A stretch of 64,000 nucleotides of DNA from positions 1,446,197 through 1,510,196 of the forward strand of contig NIVC01000038.1 in assembly GCA_002269645.1 (NCBI GenBank), read 5' to 3'. Positions 42,643 through 54,666 of the stretch are shown piece after piece. The stretch's first letter is position 1. Every line of letters begins with the position of its first letter. The position numbers and the translations under genes were made by a program. The notes beneath the pieces are model-generated. The model did no database searches and was not told where the DNA came from. It saw only the letters and a program-made list of their open reading frames with translations. Source of the stretch: Macrostomum lignano. Lineage: Eukaryota.

Positions 42643-45600
42643 GTGCGGGACTCCCTCAACATTGGGCATCTGAACTGTAACTGGCTCAGCAACAAAATCT
42701 ATGAAATAATTTCATGGCTAAATAATGAGGACTTAGATATAGAACTATTCTCCGAAATTGGCTTAGTTGATACAAACCCTTTCTTTGTTCAAGACTACGC
42801 TATCCTTAGGTTTGAACAACAACAACAAGGTACTGCTCCCGCCGGCCACGCAGTAGCCAGAAAGGGGGGAGCAGTCAGAAAGCGCGTCTCTGGGCCATTG
42901 CCCTCAGGAAGTCGCATCCCCCTGCTTTGTCCGGGGCGCCAGCGTCACTCAAAAGTCGGTCAGGGTATCGCACCGTTCGCCCTTGGCCTCGCCTCCGCGG
43001 TCCCTGCAGCTTGAGCAGCAGCACGTCGTGTAGCGGCTCAGGACAGCGGGCCTCCGACCGGATGACGTGGCCAGCCAGTCGAAGTCGCCGCCCGCGCAGC
43101 AGGTCAGAAGGCCGCGTCAGGCGCGCCCTAGTGTAGAGCGCGGCATTGGTCTCGCTGCCTCTCCAAGGCGTCCGTCAGGGTCCAAGTCTCGGCGTTGTAC
43201 AACAGGACAGTCTCGACGACTGCCTGAAACAGCCGAGCCTTGAGCCCGTCGTCCAGGGCCTCAGATTGGAGCACGGAGCGCACAGATCGAAATGCGGCCC
43301 AGGCCAGTCCTCGTCGTCTCTTCAGGTCGTCGGCAACGTCCGGCACGGAACCGCCGAGGTACACAAAGCGCTCGCAGCGGGTAAGCATAAATACATTCCC
43401 GACAGCGTCTCGGTAATTGATCTCAGCCGGCAAGTCGGAGGGCACCGTGAACACTACCGTCTTCCGCGCGTTCAGCTTAAGGCCGACCCGCGACGCTGCC
43501 GCCGTCAGGCCATCAAGCAGCCGCTGGGCACCTTCAGCCGTCGATGAAAGTAGCGCGAGGTCGTCCGCGTAGCCGAGAACGGAGAGCCGCTTCTCCGGGT
43601 GCCAAACCTCAAACCTCTAGGTTTGACAAACCTCACTGTAGAAGAGGACTTGCCGTAGCTTATAAAAATAATCTTAACATTATGAATATTAAAAAGTTTT
43701 ATGACAACAGTCACCATGAATACATTAGTTTTGAGGTTTTCTTAAAACATAACAGGTTGAACAAGCTTAATATAGTCCTCTTCTACAGGGCTCCCAACCC
43801 CACCAGGCTAAATTGTGATATTTTAAACAAACTTTTCTCTAATCCCTCCACCCTGGTCATTGGGGACTTTAATTGTAAACATCTTGCCCTAAGTGGAGAT
43901 TCCAATTATAATTACCCTGGCAGACAGCTCTTTGACTGGCTAGAAGAGCACCCCAACCCCCCATCTTACTAAACAACTATGGTGAGTTCACCAGAGTGTG
44001 CAATCGTGGCGGCTCCCACACTGCGAACGTGCTGGACTTGGGGCTTTGCTCTCCCAACCTTGGCCCCCACACCAGTGAGGTCCTTATAGGGGACAACTTG
44101 GACAGTGACCACTTCCCCATCATTATTAAAGTCTACCTTGACCCAAACAGTAAAATATCGAAAAAAACCCAAACGTTTTTGGAGCACTGACTGGGAGACC
44201 TTCAGGGTGGTTCTCCAAGACAAGCTCAGTGACAATCAAATCAGCAATCTTAGGTTAGCCACTCCAGGTGAATTAGATCGAGCTGAAGATCTGTTAACTC
44301 AGAGTCTGAATGACACGATTGAGGAGGTGGTCCCAAACAGGGACCCCCGCGAGCAGCTCCCTCCCGACATAATAGCCAAAATTAAGTACAGGAGAAAACT
44401 TGGGAAGCTTTTTAGGAATACCCGAATAGATAATTTTAGGATTCAGGCGAATCAAGCTGCCAAGGAGATCAGGCTAGCCATTCGTGTGCACAGGTCAAGA
44501 AAGTTTGAAAACTTATGTGAAAAAATTTCCAAGACCAGTTACCGTAAAGAACCAAGAAAATTCTGAGTTGACATAAAAAAATGATAGGTGAGGGTCCCAA
44601 ACCTATCACCTACCCCCCGATTGTTCTCAAAGACTGTCGCTGATACTGAAGCTGAGAAAGCTCAGGCCTTCAAAGAATTCCTCGAGGCTCAGATGCGTCC
44701 CTGCCCAGATAGATCCACCCAGCTCTACAAAAAGATTGAGGCCCAAAAAGATCTTGAGATCTACAAACCTCATAACAACATCTTAGCTGCGTTAGCCTAT
44801 CATAAAGACCATGCTGATCCCGATAATCCGGACAAAGAAGACGTAGAAGCTGATATCCTTAATATCATAGATCAGGATGTTCTATGGGAAAGCAGGAAGC
44901 TCAGGGCAGGGGGGGGCTCCTGGGCCTGACAAGATACCGAATGTTGTCCTCAAATTTAGCCTGAGTCCAGACTCCATCAGGGTGCTTGCGAAAATCTTTA
45001 ATGCTAGTTTCCTCCTTGGATACTTCCCCAAGCGATGGAAAATGGCCACTGTCAAAATGATATCCAAACCTAATAAGCCAAAAAATCTCAATGCTTATTA
45101 TTAGCCTTACCTCTTGTTTAGGTAAACTTTATGAGAAAATCTTAGCAAGGAACCTTCGGGTCATCTTAGAAAATCTAGGGATCATTAATGACGAGCAATG
45201 TGCCTATATGTATGATCATAGTACCTACGATAATATTGTTCGACTCACTGACGACGTGCTAAAAATGCTCCAGCTGAAACAGTACACGTTGGGGGTCTTT
45301 TTTGACGTAAAGGGAGCCTTTGATGGGGTCTGGCACAACTACCTTAAATTCAAAACTCGAAAGTGTGGAGTCCCGCACAACATGACCAGAATCTTAGCAA
45401 ATTATCTTGACGATAGAACTGTCGAGATTGTAGTAGCTGGAGCTCGAAGTGCAGGGTTCCAGCCAAAAGCAGGTGTCCCCCAAGGGGGTGTCCTTTCGCC
45501 CCTACTATTTATTATTTATGTCAGCTCTATACCAAAACCGACAGATAATAAAGTTAAAATTAGTCAGTTCGCTGATGACTTGGCGGTCTGGGTATGTGCA

Positions 45601-46227
45601 AGAAAATCCACCATGTCTGCTAAAAGAATCAACGACTACTTCATCCGTCTCAAAAGGTGGCTTGATGCTGTTGGTATCACTATTAATGCCTCAAAAAGTA
45701 AAGCAATCTCCTTCTTCAAGGCGAACGGCAACAAAACAGGCCCTGGTGAACCCCTAATCAAACTTGGGAACAACAGAATTAGTTATTATGACACTGTCAC
45801 CTTTCTTAGCATGGTCCTAGACAAACAACTTAACTACAAACCTCACGTCGACAAGGTCGTAGGTACTACCACAAAAAAGATTGCTGCGCTAGACAGAATG
45901 GCTAAAAATTCCAGAATTTCCCAACTCGGACTACGACTGATCTATGGGTCTTACATTGAAAGTACCATCGCTTACGGTGCTCCAATTCTTCTTAATCTTT
46001 CCGACTTCCAGGTCAATAGAAATCAGGTGCTCCAAAACAAGGCTCTGCGTATCATCCTTGACGCTCCACCCTACATCAAAATTCCCTACATTCACTTGGT
46101 CACTAACATGCCCATGATCAAAGATCGCCTGCTCAGCCTGGGGAAAAAATGGTTCAAAAAAGCGTTAGAAAGCGGCATACATAATTTTAAAGAAGACACT
46201 AAAGAATGGTCGAGACCCGGCTTTTGA
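42643..46227 (+). pseudogene. LINE B ORF2: APE endonuclease plus RT, interrupted
   Basis: HLNCN, FSE, LFYRAP, IGDFNCKH, VLDLGL, SDHFP; LTSCLGKLYEK, FDVKGAFDGV, GVPQGGVLSP, FADD. Several stops and frameshifts; no RNase H. Confidence 0.92.
42816..43603 (-). mobile_element. 5'-truncated RTE-clade LINE inserted antisense in the element B endonuclease
   Basis: LGYADDLAL, GLKLNARKT, FVYLGG, ETVLLYNAETWTL, RRLRLAGHVIR. Stop at 42877-42875; (TTG)4 tail; 9-bp TSD TAGGTTTGA (42807-42815, 43618-43626). Confidence 0.9.
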
Positions 46228-46516
46228 GTCCCGGTCACAACCGTTCTCAGGAAAAAACTTAATGCCTAAATTATAGCCAGATTCTTGGCTATAAGACTAA
46301 TATTGTGCCCTTTTTGTTGGGGATTGATCTGTCGACCCTCTTCTATTTGTTAATTTTTGAAATTATAAAACAAAAAATTTTGCCGTACAACGGAACGGCT
46401 CCTGAGGTTATCCCCTGCCTTCCTAGGGGTACTAGCATGGGATATGCATGCTATGCTGCATAGCCCTCTCTATCCACAGCTCCCTCAGGACGGGGGACGT
46501 TTTAAACCTGGAACCC

Positions 46517-46787
46517 CAAACCAGGTGGACCAATAGGCCCTTAACTCTGACTGAGTGAGCCGCTTTGGATTGGATTTGGGGTTTGGATTGCTATTTATAG
46601 CTTCAAAAAAATTTGACATGACAGCTATGGAAACTTTGTTTTCGTAGCAGTAGTATGATTTGAATTTGACCAAATGATTATTCTTTGACCAAATCATTTG
46701 ACCAAATGATTATTCTATTGATTATTCTTTGGAATGATCGATTACATTTTGACTCGAGCACCTCTCTCCGGGAGACAGTCCAAACTT
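46517..46787. mobile_element. Possible small non-autonomous element within the 3' UTR of B
   Basis: Distinct composition: a GGATTT/GGGTTT run, internal TTTGACCAAATGATTATTC duplications and the terminus GGAGACAGTCCAAAC, reminiscent of Helentron-associated elements. Boundaries not proven. Confidence 0.25.
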
Positions 46788-47283
46788 TACTGCTGGCTTT
46801 GATTCCAATCAGTTGACCAAATCTTAATGCGACTATCTTCCACTTAAAGTATTAGTCATCAAATAAAATATTTTTCAAATATTGCTAAACGTTTCACTTT
46901 TATTCTTTCCAAATTGCTAAAATTCTTTTATTCTGTTTATATTTAGCTCAAATATTTTCTTTGTGATTTCTTTACTTTGTTTTTACTCCTAATCTTGAAA
47001 TTTTCATTTCAGTTTTAGTTTTATCTCACTTTCTTTATCTCTTGTTTTACTCTTGCTCTCATCTTCTCTATCTTTTATACTCGTATTATTTGTTATATAG
47101 CTACCCCTAAATATTTGTTTTATGTAAATATTTCCTCGTTTTTTACTTTTCCTAAATTGGACGTTCATAATCTAATAATTTGGAACACAAAAATATATAG
47201 TCGCGCAAGAGCCCTTCAAAGGGCTGAGGCGCAGGGCAATTCTATTTTATATTAGCCCCTACCTATCAAGTAAGTAAGTAAGT

Positions 47284-48428
47284 CCTTAGAGCAGTCCTTG
47301 GCTTTTTTGGAAAGTTAAGAAATTGCTGTGCTTTAGACACCACAGGTATCTACAGTGTAGGCCTACAGGTGTTTACTGTGCAGTATATTGACAAGCTTTC
47401 TGGGAAACCCACGTTACCTGGCGTCTTCGGCTTCTGCGGCGATCAACGGGCTCTGCAGCTTCTCCGGCCTCGGCGACTGCTCTTCAGCGACTTCGGCATC
47501 GTCGGCGGCGTCTGCGGCGGCCAGCTTCGACGGCAGCATCGGCGCCTGCGGCTTCGGCGGTTCGACGGCTGGGCCGGGCTCAGCGGCGGCGGGTGCGCGG
47601 CTCTTCAGCGGCGACGGCACGGCACCAGGCACCTCGCGCGGCATCAACACGGCGCCAGACCCGCTCGTCTTATAGAAACTAGGACCTATTATCAGTTGTA
47701 GACTTTATCTTGCATTTAGTTAACTATAGACTACTGACAGTAGGTCAATTAGCATTTTCTTATAGTTTATTAATTTAGTTTTAAGTTTTAAGTTTTAATT
47801 AGCCTACCGTTTTAAGGCTTTATCTTGTATATTAATCTTATTAACAATTTATTGAAAATGGAAATTGAGACTAACAGTAAGAGGGCACGTGAAACCGACT
47901 CGCCACCGGTCACTAAAAAAGCCAACAACCGTACTTCAACTGGCACCGACCGGTCTGTTGCTGCGTCGTCCATTCAAGCGTCGTCTCGTATGCAGCATCA
48001 GCACACTCTTGACGAAGAACCTTCGGTCGGCGTCCAGGATGGTGAGCCCAGGCCTGTTCTGAAAGAGTCACATTTCTCAATCTCAAAGCCAGACTTATCA
48101 GATGACAAAACTTACCAACCAGTTCCAAACTGCAAGATCAGATTTATCCCTAATGAAGGCTAATGAGGCTAAACTCACCAAAATCCTCATGGAGGAGGTA
48201 TACCCGCTGTCCTTCCACCATCAAACTGGGGGTAGACCGGAAGCTAGGAGGGTGGTCTGGTATGGGACAGAATACACCTACGGTGGTAGCAAGCTTGAAA
48301 GTAACGACGACTGGCACCCGGTTGTCACGCACCTTGCCACATGGTTGTGTATCGAGCTCAATCCGCCATTAGCAAATTCCTGTCTCATTAATTTCTACAA
48401 AGACGGGTCAGTAGCCATCCCATGGCAC
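47284..48428 (+). mobile_element. 5' part of a third LINE (element C, same family as B), 3'-truncated inside the AlkB domain
   Basis: 5' UTR shares AGGTATC(C/T)ACAGTGT(G/A)GGCCT and the CpG-rich block with B. ORF1 starts at ATG 47858, frameshifts near 48150, then reads RRVVWYGTEYTYGGSKLESNDDWHPVVTHLATWLCIELNPPLANSCLINFYKDGSVAIPWH and breaks. Confidence 0.88.
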
Positions 48429-48583
48429 TAACTTTTTATAGCCTTCTCTGATAACGTTAAGCCTTGACAGTTCAGTAAGGAATTCAACTACTGTCCTACT
48501 ACGAGCTATCTGATTGCGACTTGAGAGTATTCTGTCCCCCACAATGACAAACTGACTTTCCAAGCACTTGAACTGATGAGCCA

Positions 48584-48688
48584 GCAGATTTCGGCTAGCA
48601 AACTTCGGCTAGCAAATTTCGGCTAGCAGGTTTCGGCTAGCAAATTTCGGCTAGCAGATTTCGGCTAGCAGATTTCCTGCTAGCAAAT
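48584..48688. repeat. 14-bp tandem repeat (TTCGGCTAGCAAAT), about 7 copies
   Basis: Direct periodicity. Confidence 0.9.
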
Positions 48689-49974
48689 CTCCTACTCCCG
48701 TGCGTTCCGTCCAGAGAGCATATAGTCCATTTTAAAACCCCCATTTTATAAGCTAAATGTAGCTTATAACTAAACATATCGCATCTTCCAACTATACTAA
48801 TTATCTAAGATTTGTCTGTCTTGTGTGTCTGACCATACGCTCGTATATATTCTATATATACTAATATACATTCTAAATTCTAGTATATTATATATAGTCG
48901 AATAGTTTTCCCATAAAAGTTTGAACGCTGACTTGCAAGCAGCCTACTAGGAGTTATCGTACATTGAGAGAGGGCCACCGTTCTACACCCACCCCAAAAC
49001 TGAGCACGCGGGCCAATGAGAATTCTCCCACGGAGAGTTAGACAAGCCAACCCCTCCCTTTGATTAATGAGCCTCTCGCTTTTTGATTCTCCGACGGCCA
49101 CCACCCACGGTGTAGGTTAATTTGTGGCTTTATTCACCAGTATCAAGGAGCTTATATAAAGAGCTGGAAAGAAAAGGCTATCCTTGTCTCTCATTTTAAG
49201 CATAGGCCTGCATAGTGTATAAATATTTGAGCGCAAGCTTAACGGCTATACTTGGTTATTTTTAATTTGTCTTTAAATACAGGTAAGTTCAAGGAATCGA
49301 ATAATTTTAAAGCAAAAATGCCACTGTTTGAATAATTCTTAGTAAAATTCAGTTTTGCTGCAGGCGCACGGTATCAAGTTTTTTCAATGGAATATATTCG
49401 ATTCTTACAACGAGCGCCATTAGCTCGTTGAAAGCTACTCTTAAGCAAGGGTATAGTGCCCTCTCCTTTAGAGACCCTAAAATGCCCCAATGCCCCTTTT
49501 TGGGGCCCCCCTTTCGCACACTCATTGGCCCTGAATTACTTTAATTGCTATTGCCGCTTGCACAAATTGTGGGTGGCATTTTGAACTTGAAAATTGTTCG
49601 ATTTCCTAGAACCTTAGCTTGATATTACGCTTCACAATAAGCAATATTTGCTTAGTTATAAGCTATATATATTGAGTTTTAGGCTATGTGCATTTAGTTA
49701 TAAGAGATATATGCAGTTCCTTATAAGCTGTATATATTTTTAGTTTTAAGCTACATATAGTTACAAGCTGTTGCAACCCGCGGATTTTGAACTCATGGAA
49801 TTCCAATCCCTGGAACTATTTTTGCATGTATTCTACCATCTGAAGTCACACTCAAACAAAAACTTGTTAAAAGTTAGGATAGAGATAAACATAAAATGGA
49901 GTAAATTTGTGTGAAATTAAGATTTGACGCAATTATTTATTTTGCTTGTTGGGGTGCTGTGCAGAATATCAGGA

Positions 49975-51200
49975 TCTTCTTTTCTTCTTCTTTCTTCTCT
50001 CGTCTCTTGTCTCTCCTCTCATCTCTTCTCTTTTTCCCTCTCTCCTTTCTACTCTTTTCTCCCTCCTTTCCTCTCCTCTCTCATCTCTTATCTTTTATAT
50101 CTTCTCATTTCTCTCTACTCTCTCTTCTCACTCCTTACTCTCCCCTCTCTTAACACTTCCCTCTTCTCTCTCTTCTCTACTCTCTTATCTCTCCTCTCTA
50201 CTTTTTCCTTTCTCTCTCTATCCTCTCATCTCTTCTCTTCTTTCCTCTCCTCTTTCCTGACTCACTTCTCCCTTTGTCTCTGCTCTCTCTTCTGGTATTT
50301 TAAATCTCATCTCTCTTCTCTCTTATCTCTCCTCTGTTCTCTCTACTCTCCCATCTCTCGTCTGTTCACGCTCATCTCTGCTCTCTCATCTGTCATCTTT
50401 ACTCTCTTATACGTTCTCTCACTTATCTTCTCTGTATTCTTCTCTTTCACCTCTTCTGACTCCTCTCTTTCCTTTCTCCTTTCTCCTTTTTTCTTCTCTT
50501 CTCTTCCCTCTTCTTCTATACTCTCTCCCTCTCTTGTCTTCTCTCTTCTCTCTCCACTCTCTCCTCCTTTATCTCTCTTATCTCACTTCTCATCTCTCCT
50601 TCGTCTGTTCTCTCTCATCCCTCTCGCTCTTCTGTCATCGATCTTTACTCTCCTCTTTCCTGTGTACTCTTCTCTTTCCCCTCTTCTGACTCCTCTCTTT
50701 CCTTACTCCTATCTTCTTTTCTCTTCTCTCTTCTATACTCTCTCTCCTCTATCATCTTCTCTCGTCTCTCTGCATTCTCATCTCACCTTTTTAATCTCTC
50801 ATCTTTACTCGCTCATCTCTCCTTTCATCTGTCTCATCTTTACAATCTCATCTCTTTCCTCTCTCCCCCTCTTATCTCCTCTCTTCTCTATCCTTTCTAC
50901 TCTCTCCTCTCTAATCTCTCCTCTCCTCTTGCCCCTCTGTTATCTTCTTTCTGCTCTCTCGTCTCTACTCTCTTCTAAACATTCTTCACTCTCCTCTCTC
51001 ATCGATCCTCTGTCTCATCTCTCACCTCTTCTCACCTTTACTCTTTCCTCTCCCTTCTTTCTCCCCTCCTCTCGCTTCCTCCTCCCTTCTTCTCTGCTCT
51101 ATCCTCACCACTTGTCTCTCCTCTTATCTTCCATGTTTTCTCTTACCCCCCTTTCGCCTCTCCTCTCTTCTAATAGTATATTCCTTCTCCTTACCACTCT
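49975..51200. repeat. 1.2-kb degenerate polypyrimidine (CT-rich) low-complexity tract
   Basis: Almost purely C/T on the plus strand. The S/L/F-rich ORFs are artefacts. Confidence 0.95.
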
Positions 51201-52019
51201 CATCTGGCCCGCACATAAGCTGGATTCTTTATCTGGCTTTTGAAGTAAAAGTCTGCCGATCCCTGCTTCGAAAGCCAGTTTGTAGGATGTAGCTCGTACT
51301 ACTCTCATTGTTGTTCTCGTGCTTTGATCATGTCATCTTTCTTGCCAATTTGATGTCCTGAAAGGAATTTGTGTATCTTCAGCTTCACTGCAGTCTGCAA
51401 CAGTCTAACAACCAAGGATTAGGAGGCCATTTAAATTTAAAAGTACCTTTAAGAGAAACTTAACATTTTCATGGTGTGACTAATTTAGTAGGGTTGAATC
51501 GCATTGCATCGCCTTTTCATAAATCTTTCGCTTTTACAAACCATGCTGGATTACCTTGATTTGCCAATTGCCATCCACTGTTAAACTGCTGCAGAGTTTG
51601 CCTATACAGAGGACAGTGCTACTCACTAAACTGTTATAGATGGCTAAACGTAGCCTCTCCACGGGTTCGCAGAGAAAGCCATAAACAAAGCTATTCCAAA
51701 ACACTGTACATTGCCATGTACATTCAGCCCTATCGCCTGACCCTTGGTCTGGCTCTAGGGCAATGAGTGAGTGAGTGGTACGAACAACAAAAAGCAGACA
51801 AACATCACATGCTTACAGTTTCTGTTCTGATTGGGTTACAGAGTTGAAACTTTACATTTTGACAGAGAACGAGTCAATGAAGAATTGTGTCAAGTTTGAT
51901 GTCAATCGCTTTATGTGGAACAAACTTATGGCAGCTGAAAGTTGGTCAATTTTGAAACCCCTTTTACTCATCTGGGTTTGGTTGAGCGGTTTGGAAGGCC
52001 ATAGCGATCAAAATTGTCC

Positions 52020-52042
52020 ACAGACAGACAGACAGACAGACA

Positions 52043-52125
<83 letters not shown>
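52020..52125. repeat. (AGAC)n followed by (AC)n microsatellite
   Basis: Seen directly. Confidence 0.97.
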
Positions 52126-52128
<3 letters not shown>

Positions 52129-52204
52129 TTTAATTCTTATATGTTGAGATATCTGTCATATATTTAGTTTTAAGCTATATATAATTATATCTGTCATATC
52201 TGCT

Positions 52205-52405
52205 ATATCTATCTGTCTCGTGTCTCTCTCAGTGTCTGTCTTAGTATCTCTTAGTGTCTGTCTTGATGTCTTTCTCAGTGTCTGTCTCAGTCTTAGTGTC
52301 TTTCTTAGACTGTCTTAGTGTTGCAGTGTCTCTCCTAGTGTCTGTCTCAGTGTCAGTTACAGTCTGTCTTAGTGTCTCAGTGTCTGTCTTAGTGTCTGTC
52401 CTAGT
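52205..52405. repeat. Degenerate (TCTTAGTGTCTG)-like short tandem repeat
   Basis: Recurrent AGTGTCT motifs at 6-12 nt spacing. Confidence 0.8.
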
Positions 52406-52752
52406 GGCTCTCCTTACTCCACTTCTCTCCCATTGTCTACATTGTAGACAACTACGAAGAGTAGGCTACTAAAAGTAGTATGAGGGCAACATGTTCACTA
52501 TGGTCTCTAGACATACACTAGCATCATGTTGTAAATGACGCAATTCATTATTATAGTTTCAAGATGACGCGAAAAAATGGCCCTTTTCCACTCACACCTC
52601 TGGTTTATTTTCCAGATGGACGCTATTCCGCCGCCGCCGCCGCCGCCGCGACGACGACGACGACTCAGGCGTCTCCGCAGCGGCGGCCTTCGGCTGCTGT
52701 CTGTAACTGATTATAACTGATTAACTGATTGTAACTGAAGTCACGAAAGCTG

Positions 52753-53251
52753 CAGTGTTCCCACCCTGGCGCGAATTTGCGCCATGCCCGAAAATAAGGC
52801 AATATGGCGCGAATGCGCAAATAATAAGGTTCGGCGCGAATCTGAAACTGTGGAAAATTCGCGCCTAAATTGTAACCCTTTCGCATTTTTAGATGATTTT
52901 CACGTTAGGTGTTGTTTGTAACAAAACAGACCAGGAATTCAATAAATTTTATAATTGCAGTAGTGGTTTAGAAAAATTAATGTATTTTTTTCATTTTTTC
53001 AACCCATGCTGTTGTTTCCAGTTTTCGACCCATTTTTTGCCAAGCTGTAGTGTTTTATCTTGTCAAAAATTGGATTATTTATGATTGGGGTCCCTGGATG
53101 TTAGGTATTTGAGTTTTTGTAAATATCTCAATGGGCATCACACTGCATTAGAGCCTTAGAGGTAAAGAGTGATAATGACACGAAAAATATCCATGGCGCG
53201 AAAATGAACGGCTTGGCGCGAAAAAATGAAGGTTGCTGAGTGGGAACACTG
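52753..53251. mobile_element. hAT-type MITE (499 bp)
   Basis: 12-bp TIR CAGTGTTCCCAC / GTGGGAACACTG; 8-bp TSD GAAAGCTG / GAGAGCTG (7/8 match); repeated subterminal GGCGCGAA motifs at both ends. Confidence 0.85.
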
Positions 53252-53339
53252 GAGAGCTGTAACTGTAACTGATTGGGCTGGGCTATCTAATTGTAGGGAA
53301 AGTTTTCGGAATTTTAAAAACATTTGAAAATAACTTTTT

Positions 53340-53383
53340 TCAGACAGACAGACAGACAGACAGAGAAAGACAGACAGACAGGC

Positions 53384-53414
<31 letters not shown>

Positions 53415-53570
53415 GAAAGACAGACAGACAGACTAACTGAGAGACAGGACATACAGACAGACAGACCGAGAGACAGACATACAGACCGACAGACATACAA
53501 AAGGAAAGACAGGCAGACGGACAGACAGACAGACAGACCGAGAGACAGACAGACAGACAGACAGACAGAG
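53340..53570. repeat. (AGAC)n microsatellite
   Basis: Seen directly. Confidence 0.97.
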
Positions 53571-53619
53571 AACTTTCCCTATAATCAGATATGAACCCTC
53601 GCGGCGAAGTGAATTAATG

Positions 53620-53705
53620 TTTTGTAATGTAATAATGTAATGTAATTTATGTAATGTAATGTAGTTAATGTAATTTAATTAATTAATTAATTAATTAATT
53701 AATGT
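53620..53705. repeat. (TAATG)n and (TAAT)n simple repeats
   Basis: Seen directly. Confidence 0.9.
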
Positions 53706-53805
53706 TTTCATAATAATTTAATAATAAAACGCATCCTACTGCATCCTACCACAACAGATAAGCACATTCCATCAACAATTGACTCGTTCGTCTTAAGCAA
53801 ATACC

Positions 53806-53930
53806 CTTCAGAATCCACCCCTTGGTCTTTACCCTCCAGAATCCACCCCTGGGTCTTTGCCCTTGAGAATCCACCCCTGGGTCTTTGCCCTCCAGAATCC
53901 ACCCCTGGGTTTTTACCCTCCAGAATCCGC
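53806..53930. repeat. 28-bp tandem repeat (AGAATCCACCCCTGGGTCTTTGCCCTCC), about 4 copies
   Basis: AGAATCC recurs at 53810, 53838, 53866 and 53894. Confidence 0.9.
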
Positions 53931-54004
53931 GCACAGAATCTACAGCAATATGTAACGAAGACAACAAAACTAACCAGCCAAAAACACCTTTTGCACTCAT
54001 TTAG

Positions 54005-54150
54005 ATTCTGCCCGATCGCTACGAGGGCTTCCAGCGCGCTCTGCCGTTGCCGAAGTTCTGGGCTGCCGGCTTTCTTTGTCCAGCCGGACCTGGGGCCCAG
54101 GATGTACAATGCCTATGGCCTGACCGCTGCGACGCCAAAGGGGCACAAGT
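54005..54150 (+). pseudogene. Orphan exon fragment of a KDM3/JMJD1-type JmjC histone demethylase
   Basis: After acceptor TCATTTAG: ILPDRYEGFQRALPLP, a frameshifting deletion, then LPAFFVQPDLGPRMYNAYG. This matches the KDM3 signature (M)MPTRFEDLMENLPLPEY..LPSYFVRPDLGPKMYNAYG. Confidence 0.75.
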
Positions 54151-54666
54151 TCAGTGAAAACAGAATTAACTGACTAAAAATGACGCTTAAAATCTTTCGC
54201 TACAGCTACCAAAAATTAATTCTGGTAAAGAAGATAGTGTCTTTTCTTCGATTTCTGGGTTCTTTGCTTTCATTTTGATTTGTTTTTTTGCGGTTTTCTG
54301 TCCCGAGCGGAGCGCTTACTTTTAGTTATGTTTTGATATTAGAATACACACACAGGTGCAGTCACACGATTTTTGCCGAATTTTTCGGACAAGTTTGTAG
54401 ACAAGTCGTTTACGATGTTACTCGTACATTTTTGAGAGTTTGGCTTGCCTTCATGGTTTGACTTATTTTTTTTTTTGGGGAGAGGGATCATAGGGGAAAG
54501 AGAGATTATCATGGACAGCCAGATACACACAGACAGACAGACAATAAGACGGAGTCTCTCCTCCCTCAAGTTAACCTTGAACAGCTTGTTTGGCAAGAGT
54601 ACTTTATTTATTAATTCATATAAATACAATCCAACAAAGATTTAAACTGATATATTCTAACGGCAA

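Larger units (their letters stand above)
40098..47283 (+). mobile_element. Jockey/I-group-like LINE (element B) with AlkB domain in ORF1; decayed, carries a nested RTE fragment
   Basis: CpG-rich 5' UTR, AlkB plus CCHC ORF1, APE-RT ORF2, about 1 kb 3' UTR and (AAGT)4 tail at 47268-47283. Flanked by CCTTAGAGCAG(C/T)CCTTGG (40098-40115, 47284-47301). Confidence 0.93.

Noticed and set aside
48570-48610. Hammerhead ribozyme (CTGATGAG...)
   Set aside because: There is no GAAA core after a stem II. The downstream sequence is the 14-bp tandem repeat.
49911-51243. 439-aa hydrophobic, membrane-protein-like ORF
   Set aside because: It is a translation of the CT-rich low-complexity tract; the same applies to the ORFs at 59003-59516.
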